Below, one piece after another: positions 1-9,568 of a DNA stretch of 64,000 nt. Source of the DNA: Vicinamibacterales bacterium (GTDB lineage: Bacteria > Acidobacteriota > Vicinamibacteria > Vicinamibacterales > UBA8438). The DNA lies in the NCBI GenBank assembly GCA_965246995.1, contig OZ252008.1, positions 3,522,925 through 3,586,924 of the forward strand, read 5' to 3'. The first letter of the stretch is position 1. The number at the start of each line of letters is the position of its first letter. The notes under the pieces are model-generated. The model worked only from the letters and a program-made list of their open reading frames with translations, searched no databases and was not told where the DNA came from. The translations under genes and the position numbers were made by a program.

Positions 1-216
1 CACCGGGATCTCGCGGTTCGCCTTCTGGGCCGAGTCCGGCCAGCCGCGGTAGTTGTTGTTCAACTCGTCGGGCGCATGGTCGTTCGCGTGCAGCCAGCCT
101 CCCGCCTCGAGTGCGACCACATCGACGCCCGCCTCGGCCAGCGGCAGAACGGCGATGCCACCGACCGCGCCCAGCCCGATCACCACCACGTCGCGCCGCT
201 GTAACTCAACCGCCAC
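1..216 (-). CDS. GMC/gluconate 2-dehydrogenase flavoprotein subunit, N-terminal part (runs off window)
   Basis: Manual translation from GTG 216: MAVELQRRDVVVIGLGAVGGIAVLPLAEAGVDVVALEAG (Rossmann GxGxxG); AAGGAGG RBS at 221-227; follows the subunit 3 gene. Confidence 0.85.
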   Translation of the reverse strand, partial: MAVELQRRDVVVIGLGAVGGIAVLPLAEAGVDVVALEAGGWLHANDHAPDELNNNYRGWPDSAQKANREIPV

Positions 217-889
217 CGGTCCTCCTTGCGCGGGCCGCCGCGAATGCCGGAAAGTCGTAAGCGGAAACCTGCCGGTCGGGCGGCATCCGATCTATCCGCT
301 GCAGATCGGGCGGAACGGTGGTCCGCAGGCCCGGATAGCCGATCAGCTTCCAGCCGATGAAGTCGGCATTGCCGCCGTAGGCCGGGTCGGAGAAAGTGCC
401 TTCGATCGTGTGCGTGCGAAGGAGTTGGAAGAAGGCGGAGGAACTCGGCGCAAACCCGGGCGCGTCATTCGATTCGACCGCCGTGAGCAACGCGTCCTGG
501 TCCGCGGGGTCCAGGCCGGCGAACCGGCCGCCCCGCTCGGCCTGGGCGTAGCGGTCCAGTGCCGCGAGGCCGGCACGGTATGCCGGCAAGGAGGACGCCA
601 GTGCTCCGGCCAGGGCCTGGTCGATGTAACGCACGGCGCCTGCTTCGACCGCGCCGGGACCGGTTTCATCGGACGGAATCAGACGCGCGACGATGGCCTC
701 GAGCGTGGCGGCTTCGGCCTCATCCAGCGTTTCAAGCGGAGGAGCGCCAGACTGCGCCGCCGTGCCGGCGGCTGTCGTGCCAGCCGTCGTCGCGCCGCCT
801 CCGTACGCCGCCAGGGGCCACGATGCGGCAGCGCCAGCCACGACCGCCCGTTTCAGCATTTCACGGCGTGACAGGCCTGCAGAGGGCAT
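206..889 (-). CDS. Gluconate 2-dehydrogenase subunit 3 family protein (Tat signal)
   Basis: SRREMLK Tat motif; RLIPSDETGPGAVEAGAVRYID and EGTFSDPAYGGN..GWKLIGYPG motifs. Confidence 0.9.
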   Translation of the reverse strand: MPSAGLSRREMLKRAVVAGAAASWPLAAYGGGATTAGTTAAGTAAQSGAPPLETLDEAEAATLEAIVARLIPSDETGPGAVEAGAVRYIDQALAGALASSLPAYRAGLAALDRYAQAERGGRFAGLDPADQDALLTAVESNDAPGFAPSSSAFFQLLRTHTIEGTFSDPAYGGNADFIGWKLIGYPGLRTTVPPDLQRIDRMPPDRQVSAYDFPAFAAARARRTGGG

Positions 890-1013
890 GGATAACTCGC
901 TCCTACGGTATCACGGGGCCGCGCTAACGGTCGGCGGGCCTATGTTACGATGACCGCCCTCCCGGGGCCGGTTGCGTCCGGCCGGGGTGGGTCTGATATG
1001 TTTGGAACCCACG

Positions 1014-2159
1014 ATGAACCAACCGCGAACCAACTTTGAGCCGGCCGCAGGGGCGAAGCGTGTGAAGTACGTCCGGCGGCTGGACCAGGTGCCCAATATC
1101 CCGCCGGACGTCCGCGAGCGCCTCGAACCGGTCACGCGCGAGTATGTCTTCCGGGCCAACAACTACTACCTCGGCCTGATCGACTGGGACGACCCGGACG
1201 ATCCGATCCGCCAGCTCATCATCCCCCGCGAAGAAGAGTTGCGCGACTGGGGCAAGCTCGACGCCAGCAACGAGCAGTCGGTCACCGTCGCGCACGGCGT
1301 GCAGCACAAGTACATCGACACCGTCCTCCTGCTGTGCAACGAGGTGTGTGGCTCGTATTGCCGCTACTGCTTCCGGAAGCGGCTCTTCATGGACGACAAC
1401 GACGAGGTGACGAACGACATCAGCGCGGGGCTCGCCTATATCGCCGATCACCCCGAGGTGACGAACGTCCTGCTGACGGGCGGCGATCCGCTCCTGATGA
1501 GCACCCGGCGGCTGGTGGAGATCTTCGACGCGTTGCGTGGCATCGAGCATGTCCGGATCATCCGGCTCGGATCGAAGATGCCGGCGTTCGATCCGTGGCG
1601 CGTCCAGCGCGACGAGGAACTTCAGGCCGCGTTCCGGAAGTACTCGACGCCGGAGCAGCGGATCTACCTGATGGCGCACTTCGACCATCCGAAGGAACTC
1701 ACGCCGGAGGCGATTGCCGGCATCGACACCTGCATTCGGAACGGCGTCATCTGCGTCAATCAGTGCCCGATGATCCGTGGCATCAACGATGACCCGTACA
1801 CGCTCGCGGAGATGTACGCGACGCTCTCGTTCATCGGCTGTCCGCCGTACTACCTCTTCCAGGGACGGCCCACCGCGGGCAACGAGCCGTATGAAGTGCC
1901 GATCGTGGAGGCATGGGAGATCTTCCAGAAGGCGCTCTCCCTCGGCTCCGGCCTGGCGAGGCGCGCCCGCTTCGCCATGTCGCACGAGACGGGCAAGGTG
2001 GAGGTCCTCGGGGTCGACGAAGAGCACATCTACCTCCGCTACCACCAGGCAAAGGACCCGGACGACCTGGGCCGTTTCTTCGTCCGCCGCCGCGACGACA
2101 ACGCGTACTGGCTGGATCAGCTCGAACCGGTCGATACCGCACTGACTGTCGGACGGTGA
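1014..2159 (+). CDS. KamA-family radical SAM protein (lysine 2,3-aminomutase-like)
   Basis: HKYIDTVL, CGSYCRYCFRKR, VLLTGGDPL, HFDHPKE, RGINDD, PYYLFQ motifs; ATG 1014 chosen as start. Confidence 0.88.
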   Translation: MNQPRTNFEPAAGAKRVKYVRRLDQVPNIPPDVRERLEPVTREYVFRANNYYLGLIDWDDPDDPIRQLIIPREEELRDWGKLDASNEQSVTVAHGVQHKYIDTVLLLCNEVCGSYCRYCFRKRLFMDDNDEVTNDISAGLAYIADHPEVTNVLLTGGDPLLMSTRRLVEIFDALRGIEHVRIIRLGSKMPAFDPWRVQRDEELQAAFRKYSTPEQRIYLMAHFDHPKELTPEAIAGIDTCIRNGVICVNQCPMIRGINDDPYTLAEMYATLSFIGCPPYYLFQGRPTAGNEPYEVPIVEAWEIFQKALSLGSGLARRARFAMSHETGKVEVLGVDEEHIYLRYHQAKDPDDLGRFFVRRRDDNAYWLDQLEPVDTALTVGR

Positions 2160-2743
2160 CCGTCGATCGCCGCACCCTGCTCAAGACCGCAGCCAGTCTC
2201 GCCGCAGGTGTAGCGGTCTGCGCGCCCTGCGCCGAAGCAGCCCGCGCGCAGGAGGTGCAGCGTCCCGGCGTGGCGCCCGACGGCCCGCAGGAGCGCGATG
2301 AGTTCGTCTTCGCACTGGGTGACCGAGCCGGTGAGACGATCGCGCTGGACGACGTCGCCATCGGCGGACCGCATCTCTTCGCGTGGCCGATGGATCCGGC
2401 GACCGGCACTGTGCGTGACGGCTCCCGGCTCAACCAGGTCATCCTGATCCGGCTCGATCCGGCGACGCTCGACGCCGACACTGCCCCCCGCGCCGCCGAC
2501 GGCATCGTCGCCTACTCCGGAGTCTGTCCGCACACCGGCTGCGACGTCTCCGAGTGGCTGAACGGTACGCAGACACTTCTCTGTCCCTGCCACGAATCGG
2601 AGTTCGATCCGGCCGACAACGCGCGCGTCGTGCTTGGCCCGGCGCGGCGGCGCCTCGCGTCGTTGCCGCTGCGAATCGTCGACGGCGCACTGGTCTCGGC
2701 CGGCAGCTTCGATGGCTGGGTCGGGGCGACGCCTCAGGTGTAA
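2156..2743 (+). CDS. Tat-exported Rieske [2Fe-2S] protein
   Basis: GTG overlaps kamA stop; DRRTLLK Tat motif; CPHTGC and CPCHES Rieske boxes. Confidence 0.9.
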   Translation: MTVDRRTLLKTAASLAAGVAVCAPCAEAARAQEVQRPGVAPDGPQERDEFVFALGDRAGETIALDDVAIGGPHLFAWPMDPATGTVRDGSRLNQVILIRLDPATLDADTAPRAADGIVAYSGVCPHTGCDVSEWLNGTQTLLCPCHESEFDPADNARVVLGPARRRLASLPLRIVDGALVSAGSFDGWVGATPQV

Positions 2744-2796
2744 GCTTCCCGCACGGACGCGGCCCGGCGGACGCCGCGAAACGGAGGAAGCATCAG

Positions 2797-4533
2797 ATGT
2801 CGTCGAGACTATCCACCCTTCGGCTGCTCGTTATCCTCGCCCTGGCCTCGGGCGCCGCGGTCGCGCTGACCATCATTCCGGCCACCGCGCAGTCGGACGA
2901 CTACACGCCGGTCACCGCCGAACGGCTGCTCAATCCGGAGCCGGACAACTGGCTGATGTATCGCCGCACCTACAACGGCTGGGGCTACAGCCCGCTCGAT
3001 CAGATCACGGCCGACAACGTCGACCGCCTCATGCCGGTCTGGACCTTCTCGACCGGGGTGCTCGATGGCCACGAGGCGCCACCGATCGTGAACGACGGGC
3101 GGATGTTCGTCACGACGCCGCAGAACCAGGTCTTCGCGCTCGACGCGGCGACCGGCGACCTGCTCTGGCGCTACCAGCCCGAGCTGCCGCTCGAGCTCTT
3201 CCAGTTGCATCCCACCAACCGGGGCGTCGCTCTGTACGGCGACCGGGTCTACGTCGGCACGGTCGACGCAAAGGTGGTGGCGCTCGACGCGAGGACCGGC
3301 GACGTGGTTTGGGAACAGTCGATCCAGGAGTGGGACAGCGGCTACTACGTCACCATGGCGCCGCTCATTGCCGACGGCAAGGTGATGGTGGGGGTGTCGG
3401 GAGGCGAACTGGGCATCCGCGGCTTTGTGGTCGCTCTCGATGCGGACACCGGCGAGGAAGCCTGGAAGACCTACACCATCCCGTCGCCCGACGAGCCGGG
3501 AGGCGACACCTGGCCGGGCGACACCTGGCAGCGGGGGGGCGCGTCGGTCTGGGCAACCGCCACCTACGACCCGGAACTGAACCAGACCTACTGGGGCGTG
3601 GGCAACCCGGGACCCTGGATGGGCGATACCCGGCCCGGTGACAACCTCTATACGAACTCGGTCATCGCACTCGATGCGACGACCGGCGCGATCGTCGGCC
3701 ATCACCAGTACCACTGGAACGGTTCGTGGGACTGGGATGAAATCGATCCGCCGCTCGTGGTCGACATTCAGCGCGACGGACGGACGCGCCCCGCGCTGAT
3801 CCATCCGGGGCGGAACGGCTACCTCTGGACGCTCGAGCGCGGACAGAACGGAATCGGGTTCATCGACGCGCAGGAATACGTCTACCAGAACGCGTTCGCG
3901 TCCATCGACCCGGAGACCGGACGCCCATCGTACGACCCGGAGCACACGCCCCGCACCGGCGAGTCGGTCAGTTTCTGCCCGTCGCTCTCCGGCGGCAAGA
4001 ACTGGCCACCGGCGGCGTTCAACCCGGAAACGCGTCTCCTCTACATCCCGGCGAACGAGAACCTCTGCTCCGAGTTCAACTCGATTGCGTACGAATACGA
4101 TCCGCCCCGCCTCTACACCGGCGTCAGGAACCGGGTTCATGTCCGGGAGGGCGCGGATGACCACATCGGCGAACTCCAGGCCTGGAACGTCGACACCGGC
4201 CAACGGGAATGGACCCGCGAGATGCCGTCGCAGCTCTGGGGCCCGGTGCTTACCACCGGCGGCGGCCTGGTCTTCATGGGTGGTACGAACGACCGCTACT
4301 TCCGCGCTTTCAACGCGGAGACGAGCGAGGAGCTCTGGTCGATTCGGACCAACTCCGGCATCGTCGGCGTCCCGACCACCTTCGCGGTTGACGGCCGCCA
4401 GTACGTCGCCGTGCAGTCCGGCTTCGGCGTCGACGCCCAGCGGATGCAGACCGGCCTTGACCGGTTCCGCGGCAGCGGACCAACACTGGTTCCCCACGGC
4501 GGCGTCATCTGGGTCTTCGCCCTGCCCGAGTGA
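2797..4533 (+). CDS. PQQ-dependent dehydrogenase, methanol/ethanol family
   Basis: GGAGG RBS; signal peptide; YSPLDQI, NRGVA, GGELGIRG, GNPGPW, WDWDE, CPSLSGGKNW and tryptophan-docking repeats. Confidence 0.92.
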   Translation: MSSRLSTLRLLVILALASGAAVALTIIPATAQSDDYTPVTAERLLNPEPDNWLMYRRTYNGWGYSPLDQITADNVDRLMPVWTFSTGVLDGHEAPPIVNDGRMFVTTPQNQVFALDAATGDLLWRYQPELPLELFQLHPTNRGVALYGDRVYVGTVDAKVVALDARTGDVVWEQSIQEWDSGYYVTMAPLIADGKVMVGVSGGELGIRGFVVALDADTGEEAWKTYTIPSPDEPGGDTWPGDTWQRGGASVWATATYDPELNQTYWGVGNPGPWMGDTRPGDNLYTNSVIALDATTGAIVGHHQYHWNGSWDWDEIDPPLVVDIQRDGRTRPALIHPGRNGYLWTLERGQNGIGFIDAQEYVYQNAFASIDPETGRPSYDPEHTPRTGESVSFCPSLSGGKNWPPAAFNPETRLLYIPANENLCSEFNSIAYEYDPPRLYTGVRNRVHVREGADDHIGELQAWNVDTGQREWTREMPSQLWGPVLTTGGGLVFMGGTNDRYFRAFNAETSEELWSIRTNSGIVGVPTTFAVDGRQYVAVQSGFGVDAQRMQTGLDRFRGSGPTLVPHGGVIWVFALPE

Positions 4534-4599
4534 ACGCATTCTCGAATTCATGCCCGCTGGCAGTTGCAGTTCTGACCGTTGATGGTTAACGTTTCTGGT

Positions 4600-5532
4600 A
4601 TGGACAAACAGAGACTCACGATTCCTGCGGTGCTGCTAGGGCTCGCGGCCCTGGCGACGGGCTGCGCCGAGCCGCCGACGGCTCGTGTCGAGGCCGCGAA
4701 ACAGGAGCTCTCTGCGCTTGCCGGCGAGGCGGCGACCTATGCCCCCGACGCGTATGCGACGGCCGAGGACGCGGTGACGCAGCTCGACGCGGAGCTGGCG
4801 GCACAGGAGGCGAGCTTCGCGCTCCTGCGCGACTACGAGCGGACCAACGAGCTGGCGGGGGCGGTCGAAGCCGCCGCAGGCCAGGTGCGCCAGGCAGTCG
4901 ACGCGGAACGGCAGCGGCTGAGCACGGCGGCGAATGGGCTGGTCGACGATGCGAACCGGTCCATGACGAACACTCGGGCATCGATCGCGGAGCTTCCCGA
5001 GGACGAGTTGGAAGAGGACCAGGCGGCGGCGTGGGAGGCGGATCTCACTGAGGTGTCCGCGTCGCTCGAGGAGGTGACAAGCCTGCTGGCGGCCGATCAA
5101 CAGGTCGACGCACAGCGCGAGGCCGAGGCTGCCGTGAATGCCGCGAATGCGGTCAACGGGGCGGTTACCGCGTTCGCCGCAGAGCTTCAGGCGGCGCGTG
5201 AAGCGGCGGCCGAGCGCGCCGCGCGCGGGGAGGTGACCATCCCCCGCTCGGTGATGGTCGACGGACAGTCCCTGGCCGCCGGGATGTACTTCCTGCGGCT
5301 GGCCGACGAAGCGCCGGACTCCGCCGGACGCTGGGTCGAGTTCGTCAGCGAGGAGGAGGTAGCCGGACGCGGGCTCGCCGTCGTCATTCCCGACTCCGAG
5401 ATCAGTGAGGTCGCCAAGAGTCCGCCGCCGCGGAACGAGGCGCAGGTCATGGAGTTGAGGGAAGGCGAGTACGTACGCGTTTGGCTGAACCGAGACGGGG
5501 CGAACTACCTGCTCCACCTGCCGACGTCGTGA
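4600..5532 (+). CDS. Hypothetical lipoprotein (helical, acidic)
   Basis: Lipobox LATGC after a hydrophobic stretch; Ala/Glu-rich coiled region. Confidence 0.7.
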   Translation: MDKQRLTIPAVLLGLAALATGCAEPPTARVEAAKQELSALAGEAATYAPDAYATAEDAVTQLDAELAAQEASFALLRDYERTNELAGAVEAAAGQVRQAVDAERQRLSTAANGLVDDANRSMTNTRASIAELPEDELEEDQAAAWEADLTEVSASLEEVTSLLAADQQVDAQREAEAAVNAANAVNGAVTAFAAELQAAREAAAERAARGEVTIPRSVMVDGQSLAAGMYFLRLADEAPDSAGRWVEFVSEEEVAGRGLAVVIPDSEISEVAKSPPPRNEAQVMELREGEYVRVWLNRDGANYLLHLPTS

Positions 5533-6967
5533 CGGCGGCCGTCAGCCGGCGGAGCGTGTTCACAAGGTCGTCCACGTGGGCGGCATGCGTGCGGAACACC
5601 TCGATGCAGGGGCGAAGCCAGAAGCGGCCTCCGATCCGGGTGCCGGTCACGAAGACGTGGCCATCTGCGTGGATGGCTTCCTGCAGGGCCTCGGTAGCCT
5701 GATCCGTCTCCGCGTCCGAGGCGCCCGCCGGCCGGCGGCGGAAACAGGTGATCGTGAGATCCGGCTCTGGGCCCACCTCGAAGCCGTCCATCTCCGCCAC
5801 CCGGACCCACAGGTAGCGCGCCAACACCACCTTTTCCTCGAGCGCGGCGGCAAACGGGGCAACGCCGTGCAGGAAGAGCGGGAAGAGCATCCGCATCCCC
5901 CGGAAGTGCTTCGTCAGTTCGATCGACCGTTCCGCCGGGGATGGGTCGGCAACCTCGAGCTCCGTCAGGTACGGCGCCCGGAAACAGAGCGAGTCGAAGT
6001 TCGCCGCGTCACGCAGGACGACGGCGCCGGTAGCGTAGGGCAGGAAGAGGCTCTTGTGCGGGTCCAGGGCCACCGAGTCGGACTGCTCGATTCCGCGGAA
6101 GTGCGGCCGCAGGTCGTCCACCAGCATGTAGAACCCACCGTACGCCGCATCTACGTGATGCCACAGGCCTTCCGCCCGCGCGATTGCGGAAACCTCTTCG
6201 AGCGGATCGATCGCCCCGGTGTTGACGGTGCCGGCTGTCGTCAGCACCAACCAGGGAGACAGGCCATTCGCCCGGTCCTTGGCAACCAGGCCCGCGAGCG
6301 CACCGGGCGCCATCCGGTACCGCTCGTCGACCGGCACGGTGCGACAGACCGCCTCGTGCAACCCGAGGATATGCAGTGCCTTCTTCGCCGCGTAGTGGAC
6401 CTCGTCGGTCGCATACACCACGAGACGTGGAACCTCGGCGGACGGCACGCCCCGGACGTCGCGTGCGGCCAGTAGTGCGGTCAGCGTCGCGACGCTCCCG
6501 CCGGAGGTCAACACTCCGCCCGCTGTCGTGGGGTAACCGACCAATTCGGCGATCCAGCGCAGCATCCGGTGCTCTACGCGAACCGCGCCCGGACTCGCCG
6601 GCGAATGACCGGCGTAGGAGTCGGCCACCGCCGCCAGGTAGTCGCCCAGGGCGCTGGTGTACAACCCGCCGCCCGGCACCCAGCCGAAGTGGCGCGGGTG
6701 CGCAGGGTTGACGCCCTGTCGTTCCACCTCCACCGTGATGAGCGCGAGCAACTCGTCGATCGATCGCCCCTCGGCGCCCAGCTCCAGGTTGCGTATCGCG
6801 TCGCCGTCTCGCGGCGGTTGATAGGCCGGTCCTGACTCGAGCGCGTCGAGGAACGCCTCGGTGTGCGCGACCACCGCCTGCTCCAGGCGGCGACGCTCGT
6901 CCGGCCCTGGCTCCAGCGGCTCGGCTCGGCGGCGGAGGGTTTCCGCCCGTTCTCTCAGATGGTGCAT
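5447..6967 (-). CDS. PLP-dependent group II amino acid decarboxylase
   Basis: LTSGGS, TAGTVNTGAIDPL, HVDAAYGG, DPHK (PLP lysine). Confidence 0.9.
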   Translation of the reverse strand: MHHLRERAETLRRRAEPLEPGPDERRRLEQAVVAHTEAFLDALESGPAYQPPRDGDAIRNLELGAEGRSIDELLALITVEVERQGVNPAHPRHFGWVPGGGLYTSALGDYLAAVADSYAGHSPASPGAVRVEHRMLRWIAELVGYPTTAGGVLTSGGSVATLTALLAARDVRGVPSAEVPRLVVYATDEVHYAAKKALHILGLHEAVCRTVPVDERYRMAPGALAGLVAKDRANGLSPWLVLTTAGTVNTGAIDPLEEVSAIARAEGLWHHVDAAYGGFYMLVDDLRPHFRGIEQSDSVALDPHKSLFLPYATGAVVLRDAANFDSLCFRAPYLTELEVADPSPAERSIELTKHFRGMRMLFPLFLHGVAPFAAALEEKVVLARYLWVRVAEMDGFEVGPEPDLTITCFRRRPAGASDAETDQATEALQEAIHADGHVFVTGTRIGGRFWLRPCIEVFRTHAAHVDDLVNTLRRLTAAVTTSAGGAGSSPRLGSAKRVRTRLPSTP

Positions 6968-7006
6968 GCGTCTCGACGAGAGCGGTCGCACCGCCTCTCG
7001 GCGGCG

Positions 7007-8314
7007 TCAGGCAGGGGCGGCCTCCCCCACTCCGGGAGGCGACGTAAAGTGGAGCGGCACCGGCTCGTGCTGCGTCAGGTAGCCGAACTCCCGCCGGAAC
7101 TCCGCGGCCGGAATTCCGACTGTCGCAGCAAGCCGGGCGAGCCGCTTGGGGTCTTCGAAGTCCTCACGTCGCAGCCGGAGCATGTAACGGTGGGCGATGC
7201 GGTAGCGCGTCGACCAGTAGTCGACCAGACGGACGCGGAAGCGCCCCCGCTCCGGATCGATCAGATCGGCGAACGGGATCGGAACGAACTGTCCCGCGTC
7301 GATGGAGATCAGGTCGGCATTGCCGCCCGCCAGCAGGTGCCTCGCGGCGCAGAAACCGAGGTCGCGCGTGTACTCCATGTCGGCGGGAACGGGGTCGGCG
7401 CTCCGCAGTTCGTAGCCGATGTTCTTCGCGACGGTAGTCGCTTTCAGCCCGAATCCGGCGAGGCGTCCGGCCACCTGCTTCCGGAGGATTTCACCTAGGT
7501 TCACCTCAGCGATCCGCACATGGCCATGCTCGTCACGCTCGACATCGGCCGCGTCGCCCAGATCCTCCGGCCCGATGTGCAGTACCAGCCCCTCGGCAAT
7601 CACCGCCACACCGTCGCGGCGATTCTCGGCCCGACGCTGAATGATCGAACCGACCAGCGTGTCGACCACGGTCCGAAGCGGCACATGGCCATCCCGCCAC
7701 TCCTCCGGGATCAGGGTGATCGTCGCACCCGCGGCCTTGCCGATGCCCAGCGCCAGATGGCCCGCCTTGCGCCCCATCGTGATGACGAAGTACCAGCGGG
7801 AAGTCGTCTTCGCATCCACCATCAGGTTCTTGATAATCTCGACCCCCTGGTGCCGCGCCGTCTGGTAGCCGAACGTGTCGACGTGCGGCGGCAGATCCAG
7901 GTCATTGTCGATAGTCTTCGGAACATGCACGGTCCGGATTCGCCCCTCCGCCTTCCGGGTGAGCTGCATCGCGGAAAATGCGGTGTCGTCGCCACCGATC
8001 GTGATCAGTTGCGACACTCCTAGCGAGACCAGCGAACGGACGGTCGTCTCGAGCAGGGCGGAGTCGGTGGTCGGGTTGGCGCGCGATGTGCCCAATACCG
8101 AACCACCCCGGAAGTGGATCCGGCTGACGTCGTTGATCGTGAGCCGAGCCGCCCCGGACACGTCGCCGGCCATGATCTCCTCAAATCCGTTGCGGATGCC
8201 GATTACCTCGACCCCGGCAAGACAGCTTCGGATGGTCGCGGCGCCGATGACGCTATTGATGCCGGGGGCGGGACCTCCACCCACGAGGATCGCGAGCCGG
8301 TGTAGTTCGCTCAT
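7007..8314 (-). CDS. pfp: Pyrophosphate-dependent 6-phosphofructokinase
   Basis: GGGPAPGIN, GGDDT and PKTIDND (PPi-type signatures), MGRKAGHL, IGYELR. Confidence 0.9.
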   Translation of the reverse strand: MSELHRLAILVGGGPAPGINSVIGAATIRSCLAGVEVIGIRNGFEEIMAGDVSGAARLTINDVSRIHFRGGSVLGTSRANPTTDSALLETTVRSLVSLGVSQLITIGGDDTAFSAMQLTRKAEGRIRTVHVPKTIDNDLDLPPHVDTFGYQTARHQGVEIIKNLMVDAKTTSRWYFVITMGRKAGHLALGIGKAAGATITLIPEEWRDGHVPLRTVVDTLVGSIIQRRAENRRDGVAVIAEGLVLHIGPEDLGDAADVERDEHGHVRIAEVNLGEILRKQVAGRLAGFGLKATTVAKNIGYELRSADPVPADMEYTRDLGFCAARHLLAGGNADLISIDAGQFVPIPFADLIDPERGRFRVRLVDYWSTRYRIAHRYMLRLRREDFEDPKRLARLAATVGIPAAEFRREFGYLTQHEPVPLHFTSPPGVGEAAPA

Positions 8315-8325
8315 GCGGAGAGTCC

Positions 8326-8507
8326 TAGGAGCCCGTGGTGAAACCCCGCGTAGCACCGAGAGCGGTGAGGCGCCCGGCTGACAAGGCGCGACGAGGGAGC
8401 ATATTGGCCATATTGTGACCGCGGACTGCCGCAGTCCGCGGAGCAACGCCGTTCAGGCGGGATGCATCGCCGCTCGAATGTAGCGGGGGTTTCACCACGG
8501 GCTCCTA
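8326..8507. mobile_element. MITE copy 1 (182 bp including flanking TA)
   Basis: 22-bp perfect terminal inverted repeats TAGGAGCCCGTGGTGAAACCCC; no transposase; second copy at 40747. Confidence 0.88.
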
Positions 8508-8903
8508 TTGGCAGGCGGGCGCCAGATGCGTGATGGAGACCAGGTTGAGCCGGGTCTCCCCGTTATCTTCGATCAGCATCCCCTTCGCCCACACCTTGTG
8601 GCCGACATGCTCCGAGACGCCGAACTCATACAGCGTGCCGATCAGCCGGACGCTGCGTTCGCCGAGCGGCGCGTCGGGCGGAGGCTCCGTGGGAATGCGA
8701 TCGTCGATCGCTTGCGGCTCAGTGACGCGCGCCAGATGGAAGCCGTTCGTGTCGTCCTCCTCGACACACCCCACCATCATCATGAGCGGCATCGGTTGTG
8801 CCGCGGCATATGCGGCCGCCGGCATCATCACGGCGCCGGTCGCGGCGAGGCCAAGAGCCAGCACTGCCGCCGCGGAGGCGCTTCGCGCGATAGCGGCCAT
8901 CAT
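8505..8903 (-). CDS. Hypothetical secreted protein
   Basis: Signal peptide; VGCVE...APAC Cys pair; TGATG coupling to upstream gene. Confidence 0.7.
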   Translation of the reverse strand: MMAAIARSASAAAVLALGLAATGAVMMPAAAYAAAQPMPLMMMVGCVEEDDTNGFHLARVTEPQAIDDRIPTEPPPDAPLGERSVRLIGTLYEFGVSEHVGHKVWAKGMLIEDNGETRLNLVSITHLAPACQ

Positions 8904-9568
8904 CAGTCGCGCCCCGCGCCGCCGGCAACGTCCTTCTGCCACCAGGCGTTGCCGAAGTTGGTGAACGGTCCGCCATCGACAGAGATTCTCGCCTCGACGC
9001 GGTAGTTGACCGGCGAGACGAGCCGCGTGATCAGACGCAGCACTACGTGGCTACCGTTCGCTTCGAACGGCGCGGATTCGTAGTGGATGGTGTAGAACCC
9101 GCCGAGGTCGCCACCCACGCGGCCAGCCATCAACCGTGCGAACCCACGGCTGTCGGCCTCGTTTCGGACGAACGCGCGTTGATCGACCAAGTAAATGATG
9201 GTCGACGCGATCGTGAACGGTCCGTCCGGGCCCTCCGCCTCAATCGTCGAGCGGTAGTTCCGGCCGTCGTCGCTCGGGTGGAAGGTCTCGGTGCCGGTGA
9301 CCGGGCCGCCGACGCCGAGAGGACTGTCGGGGACACGCCACTCGAACGTCCATGTACCTGGGAAGTACGCGTCGTAGTCGAACGTCGGCACCTCGTCGCC
9401 CGCCTGCGTCGGGCGTCCGAGATCAGGGATCTGCCCCTGCGGCAGCGGGCGGTCGGGGGGCTGCGCCGCGACCGCGGCAGGCAGCAAGAGACACGCCGCC
9501 GTCACCAGCGCGAAGGCGCCGCGCGCACGCGAAGATGCGCGGCTACTCGTTGTCGTTGTTCGACGCAC
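8903..9568 (-). CDS. Hypothetical secreted protein, lipocalin-like beta-barrel (start uncertain)
   Basis: Signal peptide; YFPGTWTFEW (GxW) followed by beta-strand pattern. Confidence 0.65.
   Translation of the reverse strand: MRRTTTTSSRASSRARGAFALVTAACLLLPAAVAAQPPDRPLPQGQIPDLGRPTQAGDEVPTFDYDAYFPGTWTFEWRVPDSPLGVGGPVTGTETFHPSDDGRNYRSTIEAEGPDGPFTIASTIIYLVDQRAFVRNEADSRGFARLMAGRVGGDLGGFYTIHYESAPFEANGSHVVLRLITRLVSPVNYRVEARISVDGGPFTNFGNAWWQKDVAGGAGRD

Noticed and set aside
8315-8446. N-terminal extension of pfp in the ORF track
   Set aside because: Derived from MITE sequence; PFK homology starts at MSELHRLAILVGGG (8314)
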